From an uncultured delta proteobacterium (GTDB taxonomy: Bacteria; Desulfobacterota; Binatia; UBA9968), in the NCBI GenBank assembly GCA_963840855.1, contig CAWJBB010000045.1, positions 1 through 43,566 of the forward strand: DNA of 43,566 bases. Reading direction: 5' to 3'. Shown in pieces: positions 9,369 to 19,376 of the stretch (the stretch's first letter is position 1; every line of letters begins with the position of its first letter). Position numbers and translations under genes: made by a program. The notes below the pieces were generated by a model, which did no database searches, had not been told where the DNA came from, and worked only from the letters and a program-made list of their open reading frames with translations.

Positions 9369-10817
9369 ATGAAAAACGAAGTCATCCCCGCGAATTTATT
9401 TTTCGACCGTAACTTCGGTATCGGCGCGGCGGCCTTGGACAAAGTGCTGGCGACCGCCATGGGTAAGAAGGCGGACTACGCCGACCTGTATTTTGAATAC
9501 CGAAAGAATGAAGGGGTTAGCCTGGAAGAAGGGCTGGTGAAAAATTGCTCGCAGTCGACGGGCAATGGGGTTGGCGTGCGGGTGCTGGCCGAAACCAAGA
9601 CCGGTTACGCGTATACCGACGATATTACCATTGAAAATCTGGAAATCGCGGCGCGCACGGCGCAATACATCGCGCAAAACCGTCAATCCCAGTTACCGGT
9701 TGCCGTCGGGCAAACGCAAGGAAAAGCTCACGACCTGTATCCGGTCAAAGTTTCGGCAACGGATGTTGCGCTGGACAAAAAGGTCGCGCTGCTTTATGAG
9801 ATCGACAAATACGCCCGCGGCCTGGATCCGCGGGTGAAAAATGTCTTTGTGTCCCTCGGTAGCGAGTACAAAGTCATGCTTGTTGCAACGTCGGATGGGC
9901 GGGTTGTCGGGGATATTCAACCGCTCACCCGTCTTAACGTCACCTGCATCGTCGAGGAAGATGGCAATCGTCAAGTGGGTAGTTTTGGCGGTGGCGGACG
10001 CGTCGAGTTCGGCTTTTTTGTCGATGCCAAAGATTACGAGCGATACGCCCGGGAGGCGGTGCGGCAGGCGGTGTTAAATTTGAGCGCCCAGGACGCCCCG
10101 GCTGGGACGATGGATGTTGTTCTGGGACCGGGATGGCCGGGTATATTGTTGCACGAGGCCATCGGCCATGGACTCGAAGGCGACTTCAACCGCAAGAAAA
10201 CCTCTGCGTTTTCCGGCCGCATCGGCCAACGGGTGGCTTCGGAGTTATGCACCGTGGTGGACGATGGAACGATCCCGGCGCGTCGCGGCTCTATCAATGT
10301 CGACGATGAAGGCACGCCGACGCAGCGCAACATTCTGATCGAAAACGGCATTCTCCGTGGCTATCTCCAGGATAGGCTCAACGCGGGACTCATGAAGATG
10401 CCGCTCACGGGCAATGGGCGGCGCGAAAGCTACGGGCATATTCCGATGCCGCGCATGACCAATACCTTCATGCTCGCCGGCGAGAGCGCGCCGGACGATA
10501 TTCTTCGCTCGGTGAAAAAAGGGCTCTACGCGGTTTCCTTCGGCGGCGGCCAGGTCGATATCACCAGCGGCAAATTCGTCTTCTCGGCCAGCGAGGCCTA
10601 TCTCATCGAGGACGGTAAAGTCACCGCGCCTGTCAAAGGTGCCACCTTGATCGGCAACGGCCCCGACGTGCTTACCCGGGTGTCGATGGTCGGCGCGGAT
10701 CTCAAGTTGGATGAGGGCATCGGCACCTGCGGCAAAGATGGCCAGTCGGTGCCGGTCGGTGTCGGGCTGCCGACGATTCGCATCGACGGACTCACGGTCG
10801 GAGGGACGGCGGCGTAA
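9369..10817 (+). CDS. tldD: Metalloprotease TldD
   Basis: GWPGILLHEAIGHGLEGDFNRK, PRMTNT, CGKDGQSVPVGVG. Confidence 0.96.
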   Translation: MKNEVIPANLFFDRNFGIGAAALDKVLATAMGKKADYADLYFEYRKNEGVSLEEGLVKNCSQSTGNGVGVRVLAETKTGYAYTDDITIENLEIAARTAQYIAQNRQSQLPVAVGQTQGKAHDLYPVKVSATDVALDKKVALLYEIDKYARGLDPRVKNVFVSLGSEYKVMLVATSDGRVVGDIQPLTRLNVTCIVEEDGNRQVGSFGGGGRVEFGFFVDAKDYERYAREAVRQAVLNLSAQDAPAGTMDVVLGPGWPGILLHEAIGHGLEGDFNRKKTSAFSGRIGQRVASELCTVVDDGTIPARRGSINVDDEGTPTQRNILIENGILRGYLQDRLNAGLMKMPLTGNGRRESYGHIPMPRMTNTFMLAGESAPDDILRSVKKGLYAVSFGGGQVDITSGKFVFSASEAYLIEDGKVTAPVKGATLIGNGPDVLTRVSMVGADLKLDEGIGTCGKDGQSVPVGVGLPTIRIDGLTVGGTAA

Positions 10818-10842
10818 CAGTAAAGCGTACAGGAGGACGGAC

Positions 10843-10887
10843 GTCAGAGATCAGAGCTCGGAGTAGTCTGACATCTGACTTCTGAAT
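10843..10887. repeat. 7-nt-period inverted micro-repeat hairpin between tldD and tldE
   Basis: GTCAGAG ATCAGAG CTCGGAG tag TCTGACA TCTGACT TCTGAAT. Confidence 0.75.
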
Positions 10888-10899
10888 ATCTGCGTGACC

Positions 10900-12255
10900 A
10901 TGAAACGGTATGAGCTAAGCCAAGATTTGGCGCACGATATTTTGGCAAGGGCCAAGGCGAGAGGCGCGTCCCAGGGTGATGTTGTTATGGCTGAAAGCCA
11001 GTCATTCTTCGTCACCGTGCGCATGGGTGAGGTGGAGAAGATCAGCCAGTCCGGCGAGAAGCGGCTGGGTTTGCGGCTGTTCTTTGGCAATAGTTCCGCA
11101 TCCGCGTCAACTTCCGATATTTCCGAACAAGCCATCGAGAAACTTGTGGAAGACACGGCGTTGATGGCGCGCGTAACCGCTCAAGACCCGCACGGCGGCC
11201 TGCCCGACGCCGACGAACTGGCGCGCGACATTCCGGATTTGGATTTGCTCGACGAGGGAGCCCGGTCGGTTTCCGTTGAGGAAAAAATTCAGATCGCTCT
11301 CGATACGGAGAAAAGCGCGCTGGCCTTCGATGAGCGGATTACCAATTCCGAAGGAGCTGAGTTTTCTAACGGTTTCGGCAGGGTTATTTACGCGAGCAGC
11401 CACGGCTTTAGCGGTGAATACGAAGGCTCGAATTTCGGTCACTCCGTTGCCCCGGTGGCGAAATCGAACGGCTCGATGCAGCGCGACTACTGGTACTCGT
11501 CCAACCGCAAATTCTCCCACTTGGAATCGCCGCAAAGCGTCGGCGAGAAGGCCGCTCGACGGGTGCTCAGGCGGCTCGGCGCAAAAAAAGTCAAAACCTG
11601 CGAAGTGCCCATTGTTTTCGAACCGGAGATCGCCGCATCGCTGCTACGAAATTTGGCGTCTGCCATCTCCGGTTATGCGCTTTATAAAGGCGCATCCTTC
11701 TTAATCGGCAAGCTTGGTACGCAAATCGGTTCCGAGCTGCTTACTGTAATCGACGATGCCACGATACCCGGCGCATTGGGCTCGAAGCCCTTTGACGGCG
11801 AGGGACTGCCGACGAGCAAAAAAACCATTGTCGAGCGGGGCAAATTGCAAAGTTATCTCCTTGACAGTTACAGCGGCAAAAAATTGGGCATGGCCTCCAC
11901 CGGCAATGCCTCGCGCTCCGTCGCTGAACCGCCGGGAGTCGCGCCCACGAACTTTTATCTGTCTCCGGGCAAGTATTCCCCGGATGAAATCATTGCTTCG
12001 GTCAAACAGGGATTTTACATCACCGAGTTGATCGGCTTCGGCGTCAACATGGTGACCGGCGACTACTCGCGGGGCGCAGCCGGGCTCTGGATCGAAGACG
12101 GCGAGCTAACGCATCCTGTAGAGGAAGTAACCATCGCCGGCAATCTCAAAGCGATGTTTCAGAACATCGATATGGTAGGAAACGATTTAGAGCTGCGCGG
12201 CAGAATCGCCGCGCCGACACTCAAAATTTCACAAATGACGGTTGCGGGGGATTGA
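10900..12255 (+). CDS. pmbA: TldE/PmbA family protein
   Basis: MQRDYWY, PFDGEG, STGNA, TGDYSRGAAG, EVTIAGNL; no HExxH; follows tldD. Confidence 0.93.
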   Translation: MKRYELSQDLAHDILARAKARGASQGDVVMAESQSFFVTVRMGEVEKISQSGEKRLGLRLFFGNSSASASTSDISEQAIEKLVEDTALMARVTAQDPHGGLPDADELARDIPDLDLLDEGARSVSVEEKIQIALDTEKSALAFDERITNSEGAEFSNGFGRVIYASSHGFSGEYEGSNFGHSVAPVAKSNGSMQRDYWYSSNRKFSHLESPQSVGEKAARRVLRRLGAKKVKTCEVPIVFEPEIAASLLRNLASAISGYALYKGASFLIGKLGTQIGSELLTVIDDATIPGALGSKPFDGEGLPTSKKTIVERGKLQSYLLDSYSGKKLGMASTGNASRSVAEPPGVAPTNFYLSPGKYSPDEIIASVKQGFYITELIGFGVNMVTGDYSRGAAGLWIEDGELTHPVEEVTIAGNLKAMFQNIDMVGNDLELRGRIAAPTLKISQMTVAGD

Positions 12256-12295
12256 AACAAAGGTGAAAGTCCCTTGCCATCAGGCGAATCAACGG

Positions 12296-12323
12296 CGTCA
12301 TTTCGAGGCGAACCCGAGAAATC
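12296..12323 (+). repeat. CGTC-family REP-like palindrome
   Basis: CGTCATTTCGAGGCGAACCCGAGAAATC: CGTC foot plus imperfect stem, downstream of tldE. Confidence 0.5.
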
Positions 12324-12631
12324 CACCAACGCGTCAACCTGCGCGGCCCTGACCATCGTGTCGATTTCGATCTCCTCATTGCGCGGACCGATACGACGAC
12401 TGCTGCGTAATCGAAGCCGGTTCCGTTCGGTCTAGAATAAACTCCGCGCTCGTTGTGCCAATCCGCTCATGCCACTGTCGCAAAAATACCGGCTGATTTT
12501 AAAATATGAGTGGGAGATTCCGTTTCTTGGTCCCAAGGTGGTGGCGATCCGAGTGGCGGTTAGTTTCGTTTTCCATCGTCGCGGGTTGGCTCTGCCAGCC
12601 GGTATGAAACAAGCTTAACGTCTGACCCAAC

Positions 12632-13913
12632 GTGACCCGAAGAGAATTCATTAGACTGTTAGGCAATGCGGGTTGGGCATTGCCTTGGCTGAGCATGCCT
12701 TTGGGCTGTGCGTCGGTGCTGAGGGCGCCCGATGCCAATACGGGCTTGTCGCTCGGTTACGTCGCGGGCGATGTGACCGAGGACGCCGCCGTGGTCTGGG
12801 TGCGAGCGGAGCCGGGCAGCAATGTCGCACTCCATTATGGCATGGAGCCGGGCCTCAGTGATTTTGCTGTTATCGGCCCGCTGCCTGTGGATCCGGAGGC
12901 TGACTATTGCGCGCGGTTCCATTTGCAAAAACTACCGGCCGCGACCGTGTGCTATTACCGCGCCGCGGTGGTCGGGAAAAGCCCCGGGACCCATCGCCCG
13001 GTTCGTCAGTGCGCCTGGCGTAGACGATGATAGGAGAGTCGTTTTTTGCTTCAGCGCCGACACCCGGGAAAGCTACAAGCCCTTTAGCGTGATGGATGCG
13101 GTGCGCGCGCAGCGTCCTGATTTCTTTCTCCACCTAGGCGATACGATCTACGCGGACCGCAATGGCACGGCCACCACCTTGACGGAGTTTTGGGCCAAGT
13201 ATCGCAACAACCGCGACGACGCGGCGACCCAGGCGCTTCATTCCGAGACCAGCGTCTACGTGACTTGGGACGACCATGAGGTCGCCGATAACTATCTGCC
13301 GGGGCATGCCCTGGCTCCAGTTGGCCATAAAGCGTTTCTCGACTATTGGCCCATTCGCAGAGATCCGCAGGAACCGAAAAAGATCTACCGCTCATTTCGC
13401 TGGGGCAAGGCCCTGGAGCTGTTTATTCTTGACGTGCGGCAATATCGCGACCCCGGGCAGGGGACGATGTTGGGGAATGCGCAGAAAGAGTGGTTGCTGA
13501 GCGCCCTAGCGAAATCATCCGCCGTCTTCAAATTCATTGCGACAGCGGTGACGATGGACGGCGGCGGCCGCGACCGCTGGGACGGCTACCGGAAAGAACG
13601 AGGCGAAATACTGCGCTTCATCAACGCCAAGAAAATTCCCGGCGTGGTTTTCTTAAGCGCGGATCTACATTACGCCGCCATCTCCAGGATTCGTAACGGC
13701 GGTGCTCTCAGAGACATTGCGGCCGGGCCTTTAGGCGCGCCGCTCAACCGGATCACCAACGGGTCGGCCAGCCGGTTCGAATTCTTTTCAGCGGAGAATT
13801 TTAATTTCGCCAAGATTACGGTCGATCCCAAAGCCGTGCCGATGCATGCGCTGGTCGAATTCATCGACCAGGACAACCAGACTTTCCATCGAACGAAAAT
13901 TAACGCCCGCTGA
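12632..13913 (+). pseudogene. phoD: Tat-exported alkaline phosphatase D (PhoD), split by a +1 frameshift near 12974-12990 (real or sequencing error)
   Basis: TRREF Tat motif and VAGDVT...VWVR in ORF 12632; LHLGDTIYAD, WDDHEV, LDVRQYR, DRWDGY, SADLH in ORF 12822; the frames cross in GGGAAAAGCCCCGGG. Confidence 0.85.
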
Positions 13914-13955
13914 AGGGGTTTACACGGCGCCCAAATTTCGGGCGATTGTCCGAGG

Positions 13956-14190
13956 CTATAAGGTCGAACCGGCGAGCAAATGGGGAGTCGGCTCGCGCTG
14001 GCTGAGCCAGATTTCGAAGTCGGCGATGCTCATGGGCTTGGCGAAGTAAAAACCTTGGACTAGCTCACAGCCGAGGGCGATGAGGTTATTCCACTCGGTT
14101 AACGTTTCGACGCCCTCGGCGATTGTAACGAGACGGAGCTTCGACGCCAGCGCGATGGTGGATTCGACCACCGCCCAGCGCGCCGATCCT
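13956..14190 (-). pseudogene. C-terminal remnant of an EAL (c-di-GMP phosphodiesterase) domain
   Basis: IAEGVET...LGCELVQGFYFAKPM present; EAL, DDFGTG and KID motifs absent upstream. Confidence 0.8.
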
Positions 14191-14367
14191 GGCTCCGCTA
14201 CTCGATCGTGTCCCGGTGCTATCGTCCATTTGGACTCGGCCGGGTACCTCGCGCGGTTGTCCGGCTTGGCTAAACCGTCATTACGTTCGCGTTAAATGAG
14301 GGGTGTGGACTGGAGTCTCACGCCAATCCAAATGATCGCGCGGGAGGCGCGCCGGTTTGAAATGCGG

Positions 14368-15345
14368 TTAACCAGCTATTGCTCGGTGCTGCAACGCCTC
14401 GGGATTCAGAGCCCGGGTGAGCTTGCCATCCATATAATCGAGTATGTTTGCGACGGCGTTTTCGGCGAAGCCTTCGAAGCCGGAGTCCGTCGGCCAACCA
14501 AGGTGCGGCGTGAGGACGACGTTATCTAACTCGAGGATCGGGTGTTTTGCCGGGAGCGGCTCCTCCACGAAAACGTCAAGGGCGGCGCCGGCGATGGCGT
14601 TGTCAGTGAGAACCTGCAACAGTGCTTGCTCGTCGACAATGGCGCCGCGCGCGGTATTGACGAAATAGGCGCTTTTTTTCATCAGGCGCAGGCGCCGTTC
14701 ATCGATCAGCCCTTTGCTCTGCTCGGAGAGCTTGAGATGGACGGAGACGACATCCGCGGTGCGCAGGACATCATCCAGTGGCATGAACGTGGCCTGTGAT
14801 TTCGCGGCGCGCTCTGGTGTCAACGTCGGTCCCCACGCGATGACCTTCATGCCGAAGGCGCGGCCAATGGCCGCGACCTCGGTGCCGATGTTGCCGAGAC
14901 CCAAAATACCCAACGTTTTACCTTTGAGCACGTAGCCCAACACCAGCGGCCATTCGCCGTTACGTATGGCCCGGTCGCTTTGTGGGATGCGGCGCATTAC
15001 GGCCAACATCAGACCGAACGCCAGTTCAGCGGTGCTGTTGCGGCCGGGCGCCAAAGAGACGACGATGCCGGCGCGGGTCGCCGCGTCTATGTCGATATGG
15101 TAGGCGTGGTTGCCGGTCTGCGAAATGAGCTCGAGACCGGGAAGCTTTTGCAGCAAGAAGGCCGGGAATTTTGTACGCTCGCGAATCGGAATGATCGCTT
15201 TGGAGCCTGCGAGGGCGCGAACCAGCCCCTCTTCCGAGGGAATTTTTTCGGTTAGAACCTGGACTTCGGCTTTTTGTCTTAACCGCTCGATCGCCTCCGT
15301 GTTGCCGAGTGCGCGCTGGTAGTCGTCGAGGACGGTGACTCGCAT
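14368..15345 (-). CDS. D-2-hydroxyacid dehydrogenase family protein (PGDH-like)
   Basis: VLDDYQ, IRERT, GLGNIG, VNTARG, LDVF..EP, TPHLG. Confidence 0.92.
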   Translation of the reverse strand: MRVTVLDDYQRALGNTEAIERLRQKAEVQVLTEKIPSEEGLVRALAGSKAIIPIRERTKFPAFLLQKLPGLELISQTGNHAYHIDIDAATRAGIVVSLAPGRNSTAELAFGLMLAVMRRIPQSDRAIRNGEWPLVLGYVLKGKTLGILGLGNIGTEVAAIGRAFGMKVIAWGPTLTPERAAKSQATFMPLDDVLRTADVVSVHLKLSEQSKGLIDERRLRLMKKSAYFVNTARGAIVDEQALLQVLTDNAIAGAALDVFVEEPLPAKHPILELDNVVLTPHLGWPTDSGFEGFAENAVANILDYMDGKLTRALNPEALQHRAIAG

Positions 15346-15347
15346 CC

Positions 15348-15737
15348 CTAAATGACCGCGATACCAGCGATCTCGATCAAGTAATCCGGGTTGGCCAGGC
15401 CGCTTACGATCACCAGCGTGCTGGTTGGGGAATTCTTCTTATATTGCTGGCGCCGCACTTCGTTGTAACCTTCACGGTACTGCCTATCGGTAATGTAGGT
15501 GGTTGTCATGACCATATTGTCCAATGATCCGCCGGCCGCCTTCAGAACCGCCTTGATATTGTCAAAGACCTGCTGCGTCTGAGCTTTGATGTCTCCCTTG
15601 CCCACGACGTTGCCGTCCTTGTCTGAAGCGGTTTGCCCGGCGATGAACAAGAGTTTTCCACCGCTATTCAAGATTCCCTGGCTGTAGCGTGGCCGCGGGT
15701 CGTTGAGCGATTTGGGTTGAACGACTTTTTTCGGCAT
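15348..15737 (-). CDS. RidA/YjgF family protein
   Basis: YSQG, LFIAGQ, YNEVRR, PTSTLV.VSGL, LIEI. Confidence 0.9.
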   Translation of the reverse strand: MPKKVVQPKSLNDPRPRYSQGILNSGGKLLFIAGQTASDKDGNVVGKGDIKAQTQQVFDNIKAVLKAAGGSLDNMVMTTTYITDRQYREGYNEVRRQQYKKNSPTSTLVIVSGLANPDYLIEIAGIAVI

Positions 15738-15763
15738 GGCTTTCTCCTTTCAAAATCGGACTT

Positions 15764-15808
15764 TGGAGTATGAACGTAAAGGGGTTCCGCACCACACTCC
15801 ATACTCCA
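15764..15808. repeat. TGGAGTAT/ATACTCCA inverted micro-repeat
   Basis: TGGAGTAT (15764) pairs with ATACTCCA (15801), preceded by a CACTCCA copy; same family as 24184-24232. Confidence 0.5.
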
Positions 15809-15824
15809 TTTTGGCCCGCCATGT

Positions 15825-16823
15825 CTACTTCACCGGATAGCGCTTCGCCATCTCGGTGAAGAAACCTTCTTTTTCCAATTCTTGCAGGAAACTCAGATCG
15901 ACGAATTGCTCCGGTTTAAAGTTTTTTGCATTGGGCAGCGTCGGCGCGAGCACATCGAGCATGAATTGGATACCCTTGAGGGTGGGGTACGGCTTCTTGG
16001 GGATCGACTTGATATAACCGTTGTAGGAATCCTCCAGCACTTCTGGGTTATTGGTGCGCATATACTTGGCGAAGACCCGCTGTGTGTCTTTCTTGTTGGC
16101 GTAGACAAAATAGATCGCTTCGACGAATCCTTTGAGCGCCGACTTTACAACCTCCCGGTTGCTCGCGATGTATGCCCTCGAAGTGGCGAAGCCGTTGCCC
16201 TGGACTTCGACGCCGAGATCGCCGATGGAAATATGTTCGGTAAGCCCCACTCGCCTTGCCAATGGCGCGGCAGAGGTCGCAAGATAGGTCGCATCTATGA
16301 CTCCGGATTGGACCGATGCGATGCGCTCGGTGTCCAGTCCCGCGGGCACCAAAATAAAATCCTTCAATTCAGCATTCAGGTGTCTGGCAAGAATGATCGA
16401 CGCATAGTGGGTTGCGGAGTTGAATCCCGTGATGCCGATCCGTTTGCCCTTTAGCTGTTCCAATTGGGTAATGCCAGTCCGGGAGAAGATGATGAGGTCG
16501 TATTTAGTCTCCACTGCGGCGATGAGCACGACGTTATGGCCCTGGATTGTGGCTTGCACCACCGTGCCGATGTTGACGATCGGCGGATCGCCGCTCACCA
16601 GGGCTTGCGTAGCGACTTGACCGCCGCGAAAAAGAATCGGTTCAACTTCCAGTCCATACTTGTTAAAAAGACCCATTTCCCTGGCGACCCAGACGTTGCT
16701 CTGCCGAAAACTCAGCGACGGATAACCGATCTTTATTCGCTTGAGAGTTTGGGCGTTTGAGGTGGTCGCGGCTACGCTCAAAACTAGTGCCACTGCGGAC
16801 AATACTCTTTTAACTGATCTCAA
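15825..16823 (-). CDS. ABC transporter substrate-binding protein, NMT1/SsuA/TauA-like
   Basis: Signal peptide, GLFNKYGLEVE, ALVSGD, QLKGKRIGIT, C-terminal FVDLSFLQELEKEGF. Confidence 0.88.
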   Translation of the reverse strand: MRSVKRVLSAVALVLSVAATTSNAQTLKRIKIGYPSLSFRQSNVWVAREMGLFNKYGLEVEPILFRGGQVATQALVSGDPPIVNIGTVVQATIQGHNVVLIAAVETKYDLIIFSRTGITQLEQLKGKRIGITGFNSATHYASIILARHLNAELKDFILVPAGLDTERIASVQSGVIDATYLATSAAPLARRVGLTEHISIGDLGVEVQGNGFATSRAYIASNREVVKSALKGFVEAIYFVYANKKDTQRVFAKYMRTNNPEVLEDSYNGYIKSIPKKPYPTLKGIQFMLDVLAPTLPNAKNFKPEQFVDLSFLQELEKEGFFTEMAKRYPVK

Positions 16824-16871
16824 AAAATGGGCAGATGGATGTCGGCGAGAATGAACCGCGCCTGGGCAATG

Positions 16872-19376
16872 TCAACGGTATAGCTCCGGGTCCTCGCCGG
16901 AAGCCGCCCCGATACGAATTCTGGGATAAACGGAAAATCCGCCGGGCCGTCCGTGGATCAAGAAATCCACTGGAATAAAATCTTTGAGCAGAGGAATCGG
17001 CAACTGAACGCCGGCAAAACTACCCTTGCGGTCCGCGCCGACGGCCAGCTGGTTGCCCCACAATCCGGTGGGCAGAGCGCCGCTCATGCTGAAGCGGCTC
17101 GCGGAAATGCTCCCTTGGATCGGCGGCAGCTTGTAATTGGCGCCGGGGTTGCGTTCGTTTTCGCTCAATAGTTCGTGGTCCAGCACCCGAGGATAGGACC
17201 GGCCGCCCGCTTCGCGCACGAGGGTAAACGTCGTGTCATCACGCTCGTCGGCTTTGGTCTCCGGTTTCTCAGGTTGGGCGCGGAGGACCGCGCTCGGCAG
17301 GGCGTGAATGCCGCCAATGCTGCCTTTGGCGCGTTGGTTGACGTCGGCCAGCGCGACCTGATGGTTTTTGTCGCGCAACCGGACGAAAAACCGGTCCGAC
17401 ATCTGGGCGGAGAGCGGGTAACTCTGGCTGCGCACGCCCCACGGCGTCTCGTAGTAAACGAGCAATTCACGGTCGCTGACCAGGTTGACGCCGCGGTTGG
17501 CGATCTCCAAGTTGCGCGGGTTGCCATCGAACAACGATGCCTTTAGACCAAGTCCGTTGGGGCCATAGAGCTCCGGGTTTTCCATGAGAAATTGCTTGCT
17601 CATGCGCAACCCCTGATTTTCATCCTTGGCCATTTCGGCCAGCTTCCTGGTGGCCTCTCCCGCCGAGGGACTGTCGGCGAATTGGTCGACCAGCCGCGTC
17701 AAGTAGTACTCGCGGGCGCCGCGGTCTTTGGCCTTGGCCGCGGCATTGAGCAGCCCCTTGGCGGCTTTCTCTTTTACCACCGCGACTTTTTCCTGCGAGC
17801 TGCCCGCCAACTCGTGGTAGGCGATGGCCCGGTCGAACATGCCGCGCTCTTCGTAGGAGTCCGCGAGGACTTTGTAAACCTCGGCGGAGTTCGACGAGTT
17901 CGGATGATTGCGCACGTAGGACACGCCGGCGTCGATCACCGGTTGGGCGGAAACCGGATTGTTAGTCACGACCTGGTAAATATTGCTGCCCAGAAGGATC
18001 GCGTTGACGGTCCCTAAAGTCGCGGCGCCGGCGGGGCCGGCGGCCGCCATGGCGCCGGCCGCGTAGAGCAGATTCTTTTTGAGCAGATCTTCGCCAAGCA
18101 GCACATATTTGACGGTTTCCAGACGGCGTTCCCCCTGGGCGCCGTGAAACGATGCAAGCAGATTATATTCGGGACTTTGCAACAGGGTGGTGGCATGGTT
18201 GCGTGCATCGGGTGTTACCGAGGAGCGAGAGAGTTGCGCGACGATTTTCTTTGCCTCTTCATGGCGCCCTCTCATTTCCAGCGCCACGGCTTCGGCGTCC
18301 TTGGCGGTGTCGGACAACGGCTTGCTTTGGTATTTTTTATCGAGGTCGACGGCCAAGCGCTCAAGCTTTTTCGCGTCGCGCAGGCTCAGCGCCACGAGCA
18401 GCGTCTCGACATCGATCTGCTCGGCCGCGGAGCGGCTCGGTTCCGCCTTGGCCAACGGCGCCTTGTTCGCGTCGGCATCCCGCGCGTCCAAATATTTTAG
18501 CGCCTGTGCCACTGCTTTGTTTGCGTCTTTGGACTCAGGGTCGAAAAAGGAAGCGAGTTCGGCGTGAAAGCGCGCCTTCTCGAAGTCCTTCTTGTCCGCC
18601 GCCTCGCTGGCCCTGGCAATTTGCTTGCGCACCAGCGCGTTCCTTTTCATTTTTTCGAGCGCTTCTATGCGGCCGCGAATCTCTGCGTTGCGCGGGTCGT
18701 CGGGATAGCGTTTTAGATGGTCCAGGTCCCGCGCCAGGGCGCGCCGCTCTTCGATCGACATGTCGCGGTCAGCCAGCGCGTAGAGCTGGCTGATGGCGGT
18801 TTCCAGCGCGGCGCCGACATAGTTGCCGGAGGCAACGCCGACGAGGTCAACGGAGCTCAGCATGCGATTCATCATGCCGCCCCAGAAATTCGTCGTGCTC
18901 TGGCGCATGAGCTGGTTGGATTGGGTGAGGTCGTCATGGTTGATGATCGCTTCGAGGTATTTTTTTCGCTCCGGCGAGGAAGCGTTCTTGAGCGCTTCCC
19001 GTTGCGCGGCGAGATAGTGCTCGCGGTTCGCAATCGCATTGTTGGCCAGGTCTTGCGCGTGGTTGGTCAGCCCCGTTGCCGCGCCATGCTGTTTTTGCAG
19101 GCGGGTGTCTTCGTTTATAAAAAACTGCAAATGTTCCCGCACTGCGTCCTGGCGGTTGGTGAGCACATCCACCATTAATTCCCGCGCGCGCTTGTCGGTC
19201 TCGTCGGGAAAGAAGCGCGGTGCTTCGGCAGGCTTCTCGAACGGATCGAATTCGGGCAAGGGGTTGAGCATCTTATCCAGGACCCGTTCGATGTCCTGGG
19301 CGGCCACCGGGACGCCGGCAAAAAGCCCGGCGATGAGGAGAATCGGTCTGCCGAGACGCAGGATTTTACACTTCAC
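16872..19376 (-). CDS. Large exported hypothetical protein with TPR-like helices
   Basis: 834-aa ORF, signal peptide ending VAA-Q, helical repeats such as LADSYEERGMFDRAIAYH; 4-nt overlap with the upstream gene. Confidence 0.75.
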   Translation of the reverse strand: MKCKILRLGRPILLIAGLFAGVPVAAQDIERVLDKMLNPLPEFDPFEKPAEAPRFFPDETDKRARELMVDVLTNRQDAVREHLQFFINEDTRLQKQHGAATGLTNHAQDLANNAIANREHYLAAQREALKNASSPERKKYLEAIINHDDLTQSNQLMRQSTTNFWGGMMNRMLSSVDLVGVASGNYVGAALETAISQLYALADRDMSIEERRALARDLDHLKRYPDDPRNAEIRGRIEALEKMKRNALVRKQIARASEAADKKDFEKARFHAELASFFDPESKDANKAVAQALKYLDARDADANKAPLAKAEPSRSAAEQIDVETLLVALSLRDAKKLERLAVDLDKKYQSKPLSDTAKDAEAVALEMRGRHEEAKKIVAQLSRSSVTPDARNHATTLLQSPEYNLLASFHGAQGERRLETVKYVLLGEDLLKKNLLYAAGAMAAAGPAGAATLGTVNAILLGSNIYQVVTNNPVSAQPVIDAGVSYVRNHPNSSNSAEVYKVLADSYEERGMFDRAIAYHELAGSSQEKVAVVKEKAAKGLLNAAAKAKDRGAREYYLTRLVDQFADSPSAGEATRKLAEMAKDENQGLRMSKQFLMENPELYGPNGLGLKASLFDGNPRNLEIANRGVNLVSDRELLVYYETPWGVRSQSYPLSAQMSDRFFVRLRDKNHQVALADVNQRAKGSIGGIHALPSAVLRAQPEKPETKADERDDTTFTLVREAGGRSYPRVLDHELLSENERNPGANYKLPPIQGSISASRFSMSGALPTGLWGNQLAVGADRKGSFAGVQLPIPLLKDFIPVDFLIHGRPGGFSVYPRIRIGAASGEDPELYR

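Noticed and set aside
9369-12255. RiPP biosynthetic cluster around tldD-tldE
   Set aside because: No precursor peptide, YcaO or other modifying enzyme is adjacent; looks like the housekeeping pair
12971-12990. Programmed -1 frameshift at G-GGA-AAA in phoD
   Set aside because: The required shift is +1 and the heptamer is phased to the downstream frame, not the upstream one
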